From positions 81,282-145,281 of the forward strand of contig PDIP01000088.1 in NCBI GenBank assembly GCA_002811645.1: a stretch of 64,000 nt of DNA, in the 5' to 3' direction. A program made the translations under genes and the position numbers. The notes under the pieces were generated by a model. It was not told the DNA's origin. It was given only the letters and a program-made list of their open reading frames with translations, and did not search any database. The number at the start of each line of letters is the position of its first letter. Position 1 is the stretch's first letter. Origin of the DNA: Corallochytrium limacisporum Hawaii. Its lineage: Eukaryota > Protista > Pluriformea. This document shows, piece by piece, positions 43,561-54,523 of the stretch.

Positions 43561-46374
43561 TCACTCTTCGTCGCTCTCAGAAACCTCTGTAATCTCGTGG
43601 TGCTCTGAGTGGTCAGTGTGATAGTCGTCCTCACTCTCCTCCCTGATGGTCGCCGTGCAAGTGGAATTGGATGTGGCTGATAGGCTGGTTCGATTCTCGT
43701 GGCTGACCACCACGCGACGCAGATCTTCTAGCTTGATTGGCTTTGGCAAGAGACCGTCAAAGACCTTGTCAATCTCGGCGGTCTGACTCAGGGCACTGAT
43801 GGACACCATGGTGCAGTCTGGGTACGTTTCTTTGAGCCTAGTGGCAAATTCGTTACCCTTCATGCCTGGCATATCAAAGTCGACCAAGGCAAAGTCAATG
43901 TGCATAGAGGGATCAGCACGCTTACGCTCCTGGAGCTCCTCCAGGGCAGTCTCCGGTTCAGTGAACGGCAACGGGTCCACATTGAACCACTGCAGCATCT
44001 TGACGATAATGTCAACATTAACGACGGCATCATCCATGACTACAGCCTGCAAACGGTGTAGTTCAATGGAGGAAGATGGGCTCGGGGTAAGTCCCATCTT
44101 CTCCGGCAAAGTCTTGGTGATGTTGGTGGTCATGTGGCTGGCGCGGTGCGAAGCAGCATCTACAACGGGAAGCACCATCTTGATGGTGGCCTTGGTTCCC
44201 TGGCCAGCAACGCTAGACACCTTCAGCGTGCCACCCATAGCTTCTACCAACTTCTTGCACAACGGTAGTCCCAAACCAGTGGATCCAGCCTTCTTGTTCT
44301 GGGCCGTGTGCATGCGCTTGATCGCAGAGTTGGGCTCAAAGATGTAAGGCATGATATGAGCGGGGATTCCAGGACCATTGTCAACAATAGTCATGATGAC
44401 TGCCACCTTGTCCTTGGCCTGGCCCTGTGTAGAAGACTCGACACGCAGTGTTACACGATTCTCTGGTTCACAGGCCTCTAGAGCATTGCGGATCAGATTA
44501 TCCAAAACCTGGCGCATGCGCACGAAGTCCATGGACACGTAGAGTTGGTTCACATCGTTGCGCACCACGCCGTCGAAATTGGCCACTTCGGGAGTCTGCT
44601 CGCTGGCGTGAGCTGACAAGAGATCATTGAAGAAATTCTTCAGGCTCACGGTCGAGGGCTGAATGCTCAACTTGCCGGTGTCAAGACGGTGCACATCGAG
44701 TAAATCGAACACAATGCGCAGGACTCGCTGAGTGGCCTCCTCCATGGGAACCAAATAGTTGCGGCAGACATCCTCACGCACAAGGCCGCCGACACTGAGC
44801 ATCTCCAGCTGTCCACTAATGACCTGCAACGGATTGCGCAATTCGTGGCAAATGTACGAGACAAACTCAGACTTGGCGGACACGGCTCGCTCCTTCTCAT
44901 TCACAGCTGCCAGCAGCTGGCCAGTCTTGACGCGGACCTCCTTTTCGACTTGGCTCAAACGGGTCAGGGATACGACCAGAACCCACAGGACCATAGCACC
45001 CAGCAAGAGCGTCACGGCCATAATGAGAATGGTGCTCAGAATCGCAGAGCTGTCCAGGCTGTCCTGAGAGCACTCTAGTCCAAAGTTGGTTGGGCCAGGC
45101 CAATCAATTGCGACATTATCGTGAACGACGGCGCTGTCGGCCGGGAAGGTTGTACGGAACGGAACGCCCTCCCTGGCTCTGGCTGTGTCGTTCAGGGTTA
45201 CACCGCCAGGCATCGGTCCTTCAATTGTGTTCAGGAGGTGAATTGGGAACCGGCCCACATTGATACGATTCTCGTAAAAGAGGAAGTCAATGTTGGCTGT
45301 GTTGGGGGAGTCCCTATACTTTTGGAACATGTTGTTGACCAAATCCTTGGCATTGAACGAGGCCTGCACAATCATACCAATGGATGATAATGAAGAGTAG
45401 ACAGGGGTCGAAAACTGACCAAAATTGAGGCTGGTAATTGAGAACAGGGCACCATCACCTTGCAGGAGTACTGGCATGACAATGGTGTGGTCACTCTCAT
45501 AAGACTCATAAGACTCCAGAGTTAGAGCCCGCAGGATGGTTCCTTCAGGCGCCTCATCATTGGGAACGACAAAGATGTCAACATTTCTTACACCGCCAAA
45601 CTCACGTTCATCATCGTTGTCGTAAATCTGCAGTGTCGGATATGAGACCGGAGTCTCGGCCATCACGGCCGCTTCGCCGTAGATAGCTCCTGTGTCAGGC
45701 TGCTGTACCCAAACAGTACGCATTGGTGCTGAGGTGTGGTTCTGAGCGTACAGGTCGTACTGAGACTCGGGCACAGCCCAGCCGGCGGCAACACCCGAAA
45801 ACGTCCGTAATGTACTATCATTGTCCGCCAAAAGACTGTTATAAATCTGTTGAATTGTTTCAATGTCGGTCAAGTTATCACCACCGACCCAACCTTCGGC
45901 GCCAATAAGTGAGGCCGTCGAAATTTGCAGAGCTTCCACAACCTTGATCTGAATGGCAATTTCCCGCTCGAACAAACTGGCCACAATACTGCACTGCTTT
46001 TCTAATTCTCTCTGTTGACTATCGACCTGTGACGTGTACGTCAGCCATCCCAATACTGCTGCTAATCCAAGAGTAATGGTAACTACCAAAACAATACTGA
46101 TCTGCAACCGCCGCCGCCGCCGTAAGTCTCCAGGAAAGCTTCTACTTGACTGGTGGTCCGATGACCACATACCGAAACCTTGACTTCCGCTAATACTGTG
46201 TGATCGCTCTTTACAGAAATCTCCATTTGAGCCCTCCGAATCTCTTGTAGACTCCGGATCCTGTACGGAGACCATTTTTGTATTTGTTTCCTCATTTTCT
46301 GTACAGGAAAACCGATGGATCGGGTCCTCTGTGGGAGAGTCCCTTGTTGGTACCGATGTCATGTTTGGTGTCAT
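43561..46374 (-). CDS. Transmembrane hybrid sensor histidine kinase (TM - extracytoplasmic sensor - TM - HisKA - HATPase_c - REC)
   Basis: H-box FVSYICHELRNPL, N-box QVLDNLIRNA, G1 DNGPGI, F-box IFEP, G2 GSTGLGL, receiver VMDD...VDFDMPGMKG...LPKP. Two TM helices flank a ~330-aa loop. Confidence 0.94.
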   Translation of the reverse strand: MTPNMTSVPTRDSPTEDPIHRFSCTENEETNTKMVSVQDPESTRDSEGSNGDFCKERSHSISGSQGFGMWSSDHQSSRSFPGDLRRRRRLQISIVLVVTITLGLAAVLGWLTYTSQVDSQQRELEKQCSIVASLFEREIAIQIKVVEALQISTASLIGAEGWVGGDNLTDIETIQQIYNSLLADNDSTLRTFSGVAAGWAVPESQYDLYAQNHTSAPMRTVWVQQPDTGAIYGEAAVMAETPVSYPTLQIYDNDDEREFGGVRNVDIFVVPNDEAPEGTILRALTLESYESYESDHTIVMPVLLQGDGALFSITSLNFGQFSTPVYSSLSSIGMIVQASFNAKDLVNNMFQKYRDSPNTANIDFLFYENRINVGRFPIHLLNTIEGPMPGGVTLNDTARAREGVPFRTTFPADSAVVHDNVAIDWPGPTNFGLECSQDSLDSSAILSTILIMAVTLLLGAMVLWVLVVSLTRLSQVEKEVRVKTGQLLAAVNEKERAVSAKSEFVSYICHELRNPLQVISGQLEMLSVGGLVREDVCRNYLVPMEEATQRVLRIVFDLLDVHRLDTGKLSIQPSTVSLKNFFNDLLSAHASEQTPEVANFDGVVRNDVNQLYVSMDFVRMRQVLDNLIRNALEACEPENRVTLRVESSTQGQAKDKVAVIMTIVDNGPGIPAHIMPYIFEPNSAIKRMHTAQNKKAGSTGLGLPLCKKLVEAMGGTLKVSSVAGQGTKATIKMVLPVVDAASHRASHMTTNITKTLPEKMGLTPSPSSSIELHRLQAVVMDDAVVNVDIIVKMLQWFNVDPLPFTEPETALEELQERKRADPSMHIDFALVDFDMPGMKGNEFATRLKETYPDCTMVSISALSQTAEIDKVFDGLLPKPIKLEDLRRVVVSHENRTSLSATSNSTCTATIREESEDDYHTDHSEHHEITEVSESDEE

Positions 46375-49300
46375 CGTGGTACGTTTCCTAATTCCGAGTT
46401 AAATTTTCAAATATCCCGGGTTTATTCCTTAAGTCTTCATATTGAACAATAACTTCGAATTGTATAAAATATATCCCGAAGCCGATCGTATTGAGTATTT
46501 ATGATGCAATCGTATGTGTATGTAAGGCGTTCCAATCGCAGTGGCTCTGTTTGTATCCGTTCTCAAAAACCTTCACGCTAGTGATTTATTTTGAGTTCTG
46601 TTATGATTGGTTACAAAGTATATGAATACGAAATTAAAAGTACAAGGCGCTGCGTACAATGGTTTTCGCACATGGACACCGTTCGTTACGAGGGTGAACA
46701 CTGGAGTCCAACGCATCAAAAGATAACATAGTCGCCTAAATTGCTCGCTTGACGAACAAACCCCTGCCACAGAGCAATCCTTGCTCTCCTTCATCGACAG
46801 CACTTATTTTGACAGCGTTTTGTATGGGTAGACGCTAGTTCATTCACTATGGGACGCACCTCAGGACCAATTCGAAAGGGTTGACTTTCCTCGGGCCATT
46901 TTTTTTTTCGGGTTATCCGATCTATTCTCCCCTCCCCCCCTCCCCCCTTCACCAATTTCCAAACACGTCTTTTCTTGTCCCACCACCACCAAGCAAAGCA
47001 CCACCACACCTCGATGCTGGCTGGCTGACTATTGGGAAAGAACGGATGATTTTTTTTTGCTTTTCTCTGTTCAGAAATAGAAAAAGGGGTAAGGTAAATT
47101 TTCCCCTCTCCGCTCAGTCAGAGTCCGTCCCCTAATCTTGAACGGTTCAAGAGATTTCTGTAATAAATCACAGTGCATTCAATACTGAACAGGGGTACTT
47201 GGTGTCTGGACTTGAGGTACACTGGCCTGGATGGTAGAGTGTATCCCTCCTTCCGATTTCGTGCTTTTTTTTACCTCTCGGAAGAAATTTTTTCAACAAT
47301 CCTTCGTTCTCGTCACAGCAAAATCTCTCTCAAACCCTCAGTATATTTAGTACTGGATTGAGATTCATGCCCTAGAACAAGCCGTCATACAGGAGGAAAG
47401 AGTGTGTCTGGAAGGGCGCAGAGTGGCGAAGGGGGAAAGGGAAGTAAACTGAGACCATTTTTGGGCGGAGCGAAGGGGAAGAAAAAAGTTTGTGGGCCCC
47501 CCTTTCTCTTTTTTTTTTCCTCTTTGTTTCTTTGTCTTGCCCTCTCTGTTACCCCCCCCCCCCCCGGGGGGTACACGAGCCCGAATCTCCTCCCCTCTCC
47601 GACTTCATTGGTTTAGTATGGAACAATTCACGATTGAGTGCCTGGGCCCATTGTCGCCTGAGAAGAGAAATCGGTCCAGGGTGTTTGAGTTGGGGGGAGA
47701 GAGGAGAAGGGGGGGGGAGGGGTGAGAGGGAGGGGGGAGAACACCCGGAGCAGTGACGAGAGAGGTCGGAGCCGAGAGAGGCAGGTGAGGGCAGAGATAG
47801 GTAGAGAGAGAAAAAAAGGAAGGAAAAGAGCTCTATATTTCGTGGCTGAAGTTGCTATTGCAAACTTCGAGGGGAGGGGAAGGGGGTGTAGGCACCCGTC
47901 TGTTTCTTTCTGGGTGTGGACACACCTGACTAGGACAATTTTGGATCAGAACTAAAGATAAGCCACATGAAACGGGAAAAGAGAATTATTGAGATGTGAT
48001 TTGATTCCAAGTTTTCCTTATGTAGTTAACATATGAATCGGACCCTAATGACAGCGGAGACCTATTAGGCTGTCCCTGTTGAGCGTCCGTCATCTCGCTC
48101 ACTGATATGCTCGGTTGTGCGTAAAGATTTTGTGCTTGGGGCGTACTTACCCTCAACTACTTACCTCTACCAATTTTTGTCCATATATTTAGCACTAACG
48201 AGCACAAACATAACCATGAAACCATCTACTGTGGTGTGGCTGATGTTGGTGGGTAGTACGCGGGGACCCCAGCCAACGCATGGGTTGCTCCCGATTGTAC
48301 CATCTCCAAAATTGGGCTGCACGATCCTATCCTGACCTTACCGAACCACTTTTTCGGCCAGGTGTGTTTAATATCGAATTGGTTACCCATCCCATGCAGC
48401 GCCCGGGAAAGGGGGGGGGGGGCCTTGGACAAGGGATGCGCAGCGTCGGGGGTGGCGGAGGAGAGAGGGGAGTCGGATTCACTTCCCAAGAGTGCAAAAA
48501 AAAAAGAGGGGAGGGGGGGGGACTCGGAGGGGGCCAAGGTTTACGATTAGGAGGGGAGGCCATGTCCCCATGCTGTCTTCATACACGTTTTAATACTAAA
48601 TATATAGAGCTTTGCCACCCGTATTTTCCTAAGACGTCCTGAAACAGAGTAGGGTGGCAAAGGATTTACCTCACAGACGAATGGTGCCAACCAAAATTGC
48701 CAATGTTTTGTATAGTAAAATTGGATCAGATACGCGGAAGCTCCTGCGGCATCATTCATTCTGGCGAAGAGAGCACAGAAAGAACCAGCTCAGCCAACCC
48801 CAGTTCGCCTGAAATCCGCCGAACAGGCTGAGCCGTGCTGCGGGTCCATATGCGAATACTGAAGAAGTTTGCAACACCAAGAATTGGTAGATCTCTCCCA
48901 CTTTTCGATCGAAGACGGCTGGCCGTGATACCACCCACCACCACCCACTTACCTCAGCCAGTGGGTCCCAGTTCTCTGCTACCGGGGTGGGGGGAGTTGG
49001 TTGTTGATATTTTCACTGTGTCTACTTGGATACTGTCACTACTGTGAGGTAATTTATGCATCACACGGCGAGAAGGCGGTCCGATTAGAAGGTCCGAGAG
49101 GGGGATAAGGGGGGGTGTATACACGCATGCCAGGCCTGCTTTGTGGGCTGCCTCGATTCATAAACTGCAATATCCCATGAGCGGAGGACGAATGCGCCTA
49201 TTCCAAGGTTGTTCAACCTTGCCCACGATGTATACGGAATGCACCTGTCCTCGGCTAAGTTGAGCGTGGAAAAAGGAACACGACTAGGTTAATTTGATCA

Positions 49301-52300
49301 TTTGGAGCATCGTACTAGTCAAGTAATACAACTATTACAGTAATGGGTGCACCTGGAGGAGTATGGTTGTGTGGTGATGACTTGTCCAGGTTGGTTCACA
49401 CTCTGGGACTATGCGCCACTCGATCTGGCCCACAGACAAATTGACACAACCGCTTCCCAACGGGAGCGGCGCAGCATAGATTTTCCTCTGACTTAGTTAA
49501 GTGGTACACAAGGTCTTGTTATCAATGGCACTGTGGTTTTTCCATAGGATTTGACCGTCTGGGAACTCCTGTCTTTTCGTTGATGAGTGGTTCATAGTAT
49601 ATGTAATGTATTACAAGTTTTCGAGAAAGTGGAGCGGTGGGGGGGAGTAGACCGATCTCAGGAAAGTGTTTCTGCTGCATTCAAGCTGACCACGAAATCG
49701 CCGACAACGGCCTCCGATGCCATTTTATTTTGGTGAAGTATAGGCGATTTATGGACTCAAGTTAGTCCAGGTGTGCGAGCAAGGAAAGATCCCGAGTCCG
49801 GTGTAATGGGTTTATTGCTGATCCGTTAGTCGGTATGATAGTACCTGGCATGATGGTTGATTCGTCATTAGGTGGGGGCGTCCCCTTAATGAGCAAGTTC
49901 ATCCAAAAGGCAAAGTGTCACATCGCAAACCCCTTCGCGGTCGCAACAGGTGATCGCTGGCTATAGGTCGAGTTCTGCTGAACACAAGGATCGGAACTGG
50001 AGTCAACCCCCCCCCCCTTCCCTGCTCGCGGCCAATACTAGAGCCCGGTTGTGCCTTGTTGGCACCCTACTTGACTCCAATAAAGTGCCCATTCCGGATT
50101 ACCTAGAAAATGTAGGCCAGCGAAGCCAAAATGGAACCCCATATGGTCTCCTGCTGAGAATGCTGTCAAGCAGATCAGAAGATCAAGCGGGTACGTCTGT
50201 ATTCTCCATACTGACACTATGACCGATCTAGCGCTATCCAGACCTCGCACCCTCTCGAGAAATGAAACTGATGACTACTTCTGCTGCAGTGGTACCGACG
50301 GGAAGCACCAATGCTAGCTTTATTCCGCACGTTCATTATGCGAACTGATCGAGAGTGGAATTTGATGTGAACTTGGTGGTGTCGGGTCCCCGGAAACTAT
50401 CACAGAACGTTGCAATTGCAAAAACTCTCCTGTCCGTGTTCTCTGTCTTCTCCCCCCCACCCTCCTAATCTTCTCTCCCTCCCTTTCTGCACCGCTTCGC
50501 AACACTCCCCCCACCCACACACTCACGAAGCCGAACAGCAGCCGGCGCCCCCACAGTCTGAGGGGGGGGAGAGAGAGAGAGATGCAAGACTGTCCACAGT
50601 TATCTCCCATCAACCAAACGATCGAATAGGATTTGACAGGCATCCCTGGCGCCAGCGATGGGGGCTTTTATGTTCCCGCGGGCAGTTTTCTCAGCACTGA
50701 ATATCGGTACATTCATACACAAATCTCCGTACTGCACATGTACTCTCTGTTTAGCATCGCACAACGTAAATATCCCAGGTACGCACCTCCTAAATTACAC
50801 AGATCGGTTACTTGGCAAAGGGAAACCTGCTCTTTCTCAGTAGTTCACCCTCAAAAGCTTAATAGCCGCCCCCTCCCTCATCTCTCGCTCTCGATTTCCG
50901 CGTCGTTCTTTCGTGTGACATTGGCACGGGGCGAGGTAGGGCAGTTCATCTGTGGTCGTGGATTATACGGTCTCAATAATACCCAATATAGACGCCGTTA
51001 GACCATACCAAGCAGACGGCTGAAAGATTTTGCAGCCCTGCGCGTCTCGCACGAACAGGGTCACCATAGTTAATAGTTTTCGGTGCTCCAACTTTGGCCC
51101 ATATATTTACTATGCGTATATGATATCTTGCACCTTAGAAAATTCCCTACACAATGACGAAATGACCGGCCCCTGCAGTACCTGAACCTGTGTCCATCCC
51201 TTCACTTTCTTGCCGAATAAAAATTCATAGTTAAGGTGCCGCTGGTGGGTATTGCTAGATTTCTTGGGAATGTTGGGACGTGGACATACAATACATTGCA
51301 AATGGAATGAATTACACTTCCTCGTGAGATTCTCGTTCAAGCAAACAGATGAGCGCACTACAGCACGGAAAGAGTTTGAAGACTTGACTGACTACTGACT
51401 GAGACTGACTGCGCCACACAGGGGTGGAGGATTCTGATCTGTTCACCAGCGGGCCCTTTGCATTGTACGGGGTAGGAGCCAGGGTTGTTTTGAGGAAGGG
51501 TCTGCTTGGTAGTGAGGGTGTCCGTCCTTCTCTGGAGCGCCTGTGATAGACGCCTGCATACAGTGAACGTTTGGTTCAATTCTAGAGGAAGTAATTAAAA
51601 TACGAAAGAAAGACGTACTAGAAAACTAGGAAAACACCAGATCGACGATGTCCGACCGAGTTTAGAAAACTGCTGTGCGATCGAGACCTTGCCCTCCTGC
51701 TTTTTCTCGATTTATGTGTTCCAAACCTGTAAAACTGTACAAGGGACCTGAATTAAGAAGGATTGTGATTGAGACAAATTCTTACCTGATTTTTTTCCCT
51801 CGTCACGATCAACGGAGAACCAAGCCTCTCCATCGGCGTCGCCCCCCACACCCCCCCCCTCCCTTCCCCTCCGCTACCCACTTCTCCTCTGGAGAGTGGG
51901 GCGTTCTCGCTCTGTCTTCTTGGGCTTTGCCCTCATTCCTGGTCACCCAGAGCGCAGCAGCCAAATCCCGAGCCAGACTTGGGTGGGGTTCTGTTATTGC
52001 TGCACAAGGTCTGAAATATGTTTTGAAACTACAGATCGCATCGGCGAGAGGTAACCATTTTTAGGGAACGTGTTACACGTTGTCGACCAATAGTGGATAG
52101 ACTGCAAGTTTTACGCAGATACGACTCGATTTGATGATACGTAGGCAGAACGGGGTACACGATTTTCGGAAAACTCGAAACCTCTTCTATTGATCCGTTC
52201 CCAGTACTGTACCAGTGTGAACCCGGTGGCTTTTGGTGAAATTGCCCAACATTTTTCATAGTAGCAAATATACAGCTAATCTAGCCAGTGAAACTCTAAT

Positions 52301-54071
52301 TGGGGCGTACACCAATCTTGCGTTGCTGGTTTCGAGGTCGCGCGGCCTCGCAGCTCTTTGCTACCTCTGGTACCAGCGATGAAACAGAAAACGCCTTCTT
52401 GCTCACGTGGAAACACAGCCGCCGACCCGCAACGATACTCATCAAGTGGGTTCGGGATTTTTCTGTTCGGGTGGAATATTGGCGGTAGTTCCACCCGAAT
52501 AATTGGGTAGACACGAGCCCTCCGAACCGCTGTAATTATCCATCGATCATCACTTTTGTCGGGCACTGACTTCTTGGCATCATACCGCCATGAAACACCT
52601 CGATGCACCCGTCACAGTCGGCAATGGAGCTCTTGGATGCTGCAACATCCCTAGGACGCACGGAGAGGTGATGAGGACTGCGGGTGCGGACTGCGGTCGC
52701 AGTATGATCTCGGTCCACACTACATAGATCTTAAGTCTTCCCCATCAAACTCGAGCAGTTCCCGCTGCTCCGAAAGCTCCTCGTGTGCACTACGGCAATA
52801 TGCGATTGGGCCAAGCAACTGTTCCTTCCCATTATCATGGAAACGGTGGAACTTAAGTGACGCAGAGAATATTATATCTTCGCATAATTTTCGTGCCGAT
52901 TGAGTGCCACCAGGCTCGCACTGCACGCTCAAAAGAACTTCAATACTAACTCAGCAAGGTACCACCTTGCTCGGACAGAGTTGATCATCGCTCGTACTAA
53001 GTGAATATTATAGAACCCGGGAAGCGCATGTGGAAGGAGATTTGCAGGATCCCTTTCTGCAAGTTCCATTCAGTAGGTGCCATTGCAGCAGCATAATATT
53101 AGACGTCAGTGAATAATCACAGAATGTTCAGGATCCAACCGTTAAAAGAGGAAGTCCATGCCGTGCGAGGGCGTATTCTGCCTCATGAATTTTGCTCGGC
53201 TCAGTGATCAAGTGGCTTGCGAGTGCTCGTGATGAACCCATCAGGTCTGCAGCCGTGAGGGCGGACCTTGCTGCCAAACAGGCGGAGGATCCTCGTTCTG
53301 AAAGAGCGTCTGTGTCTCCAAGATGTGTGCAGGGGAACGAGCATCTGTGGATTCTATTAACGAAACTGTGACGCCGACTCTGCGACACCGAAACCCTCTG
53401 TATTGATTTTGGGTGTTGTCCTTGCGCGCACCTTACTCTTCGTACATCAAACTGCTATCTGTCCTATCCACTCGAGATTGTGGAGAACAGGCAGTGTGCC
53501 AAGGTAGCGAAGAAAACAACAAAATCTTTCAGAAGTCTGCGGTGGTGGCCTGGCTGTAGAATGAAGTGCACAGTGCTGAACCCACCAAGGACACTGCCTT
53601 TCAGCCAGACTCTGCGGCGAGACTGGTCACTGACTTTTGCACCATATGAGTAGATATATACGAATTTTGGAGAGATCGAAGGAATACGTAAAGTCCTTTT
53701 TGGCATTTGAGTTTTCTCCGCGCGTACTTTCTGTATGGTCTACTCTCACTCTGGTACGGCCGCATCAATAAATTATCGCACGGAGATTGAACGGTCATGA
53801 GTTCCTGATGCTCAGGATTAGTGAAACTATGAGAGGGAGAACAAACCCAGGCGGCCAGTGGGCGACGGGAAAGCAATAGGAAACACAGGAAGGGTGGGAA
53901 GGGGGAGTGTAAGGGGCCGAAAAACTGTGAACGCTGTCTACACTTCCGACGGACACAGCCAAATACGATATCCGGACATATTTATAAGAATTACTATATT
54001 TATATTGATATACGTACGGTTTTCAATTTATTGAAGGCGGTCAGAAGACATACCCAGTAAAATTTGTAAAC

Positions 54072-54088
54072 AAAAAAAAAAAAAAAAA
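54072..54088 (-). terminator. Pol III poly-T terminator of the tRNA-Arg gene
   Basis: A17 on the + strand is T17 on the - strand, just downstream of the tRNA 3' end. Confidence 0.75.
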
Positions 54089-54113
54089 GAAGTTCGCTGC
54101 TGAACAGTCAGAG

Positions 54114-54239
54114 AGACCTCGGCGGGATATTCACTTGACTGTAAGCCCGGTGCTGTAAAGCTCCGTGGTTTGGGTCGGTCTTGAACCCACAATCTCCAGA
54201 TCCGTAGTCTGGCGCCTTATCCAATTTGGCCACGAGGCC
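54114..54239 (-). tRNA. tRNA-Arg(ACG) with a 52-nt non-canonical intron at T-loop position 59/60 (exon 1 54239-54180, intron 54179-54128, exon 2 54127-54114)
   Basis: After intron removal it folds into a full cloverleaf: acceptor GGCCTCG/CGAGGTC, D-arm GCC/GGC with G18G19A20, anticodon stem CCAGA/TCTGG with loop CTACGGA, T-stem GTGGG/CCCGC with loop TTCAAGT. BHB motif at the junctions; poly-T terminator about 25 nt downstream. Confidence 0.9.
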
Positions 54240-54405
54240 TGATAAGTCCTGCAGCTCGTAACCTGGTACTTTGAGTACCGGGTTGCGCTTCGCTGAAAGA
54301 GGTGGAGAAAAATAGCAATATATAGTACTGAGTAATGGTTGTCCCGCGTTGCCCCCCATGACAAAATGTATTCAAGATATATATTAGTTTTTCCCTTCCT
54401 CGAAT

Positions 54406-54523
54406 ATCACCGATCAAACCACGTTGAACGCTCCAGGTCCCGTCCGATCCCTGAAGATAAGCAACGTCGGGTCAGGTTAGCCATCGTGGGAGACCAGATG
54501 GGAATTCCTGATGTTGGTGGTCC
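54406..54523 (+). rRNA. 5S rRNA gene (variant lacking 2 nt in loop E)
   Basis: Collinear with eukaryotic 5S (ACCAC..TGAACGC, TCCCGTCCGATC, GAAG.TAAGC, GGTTAG, TGGGAGACC, GGGAAT). Helices I-V pair by compensatory changes. Followed directly by a poly-T run, with TATA-like GATATATATT at about -30. Confidence 0.9.

Noticed and set aside
47136-47152. Palindrome TCTTGAAC-G-GTTCAAGA and other GGTTCRA sites (about 17914, 37945, 54640, 54685, 60620) as further tRNA pieces
   Set aside because: No surrounding cloverleaf arms or A-box could be built by eye.
48145-48952. Three perfect GTAAGT donor-like sites on the minus strand upstream of the kinase
   Set aside because: About two are expected by chance per 8 kb of one strand, and no matching exon structure could be built.
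52296-52718. Same-frame ORFs separated by one stop, suggesting stop-codon reassignment
   Set aside because: All recognisable genes are uninterrupted, and TAA, TAG and TGA are all used as terminators.
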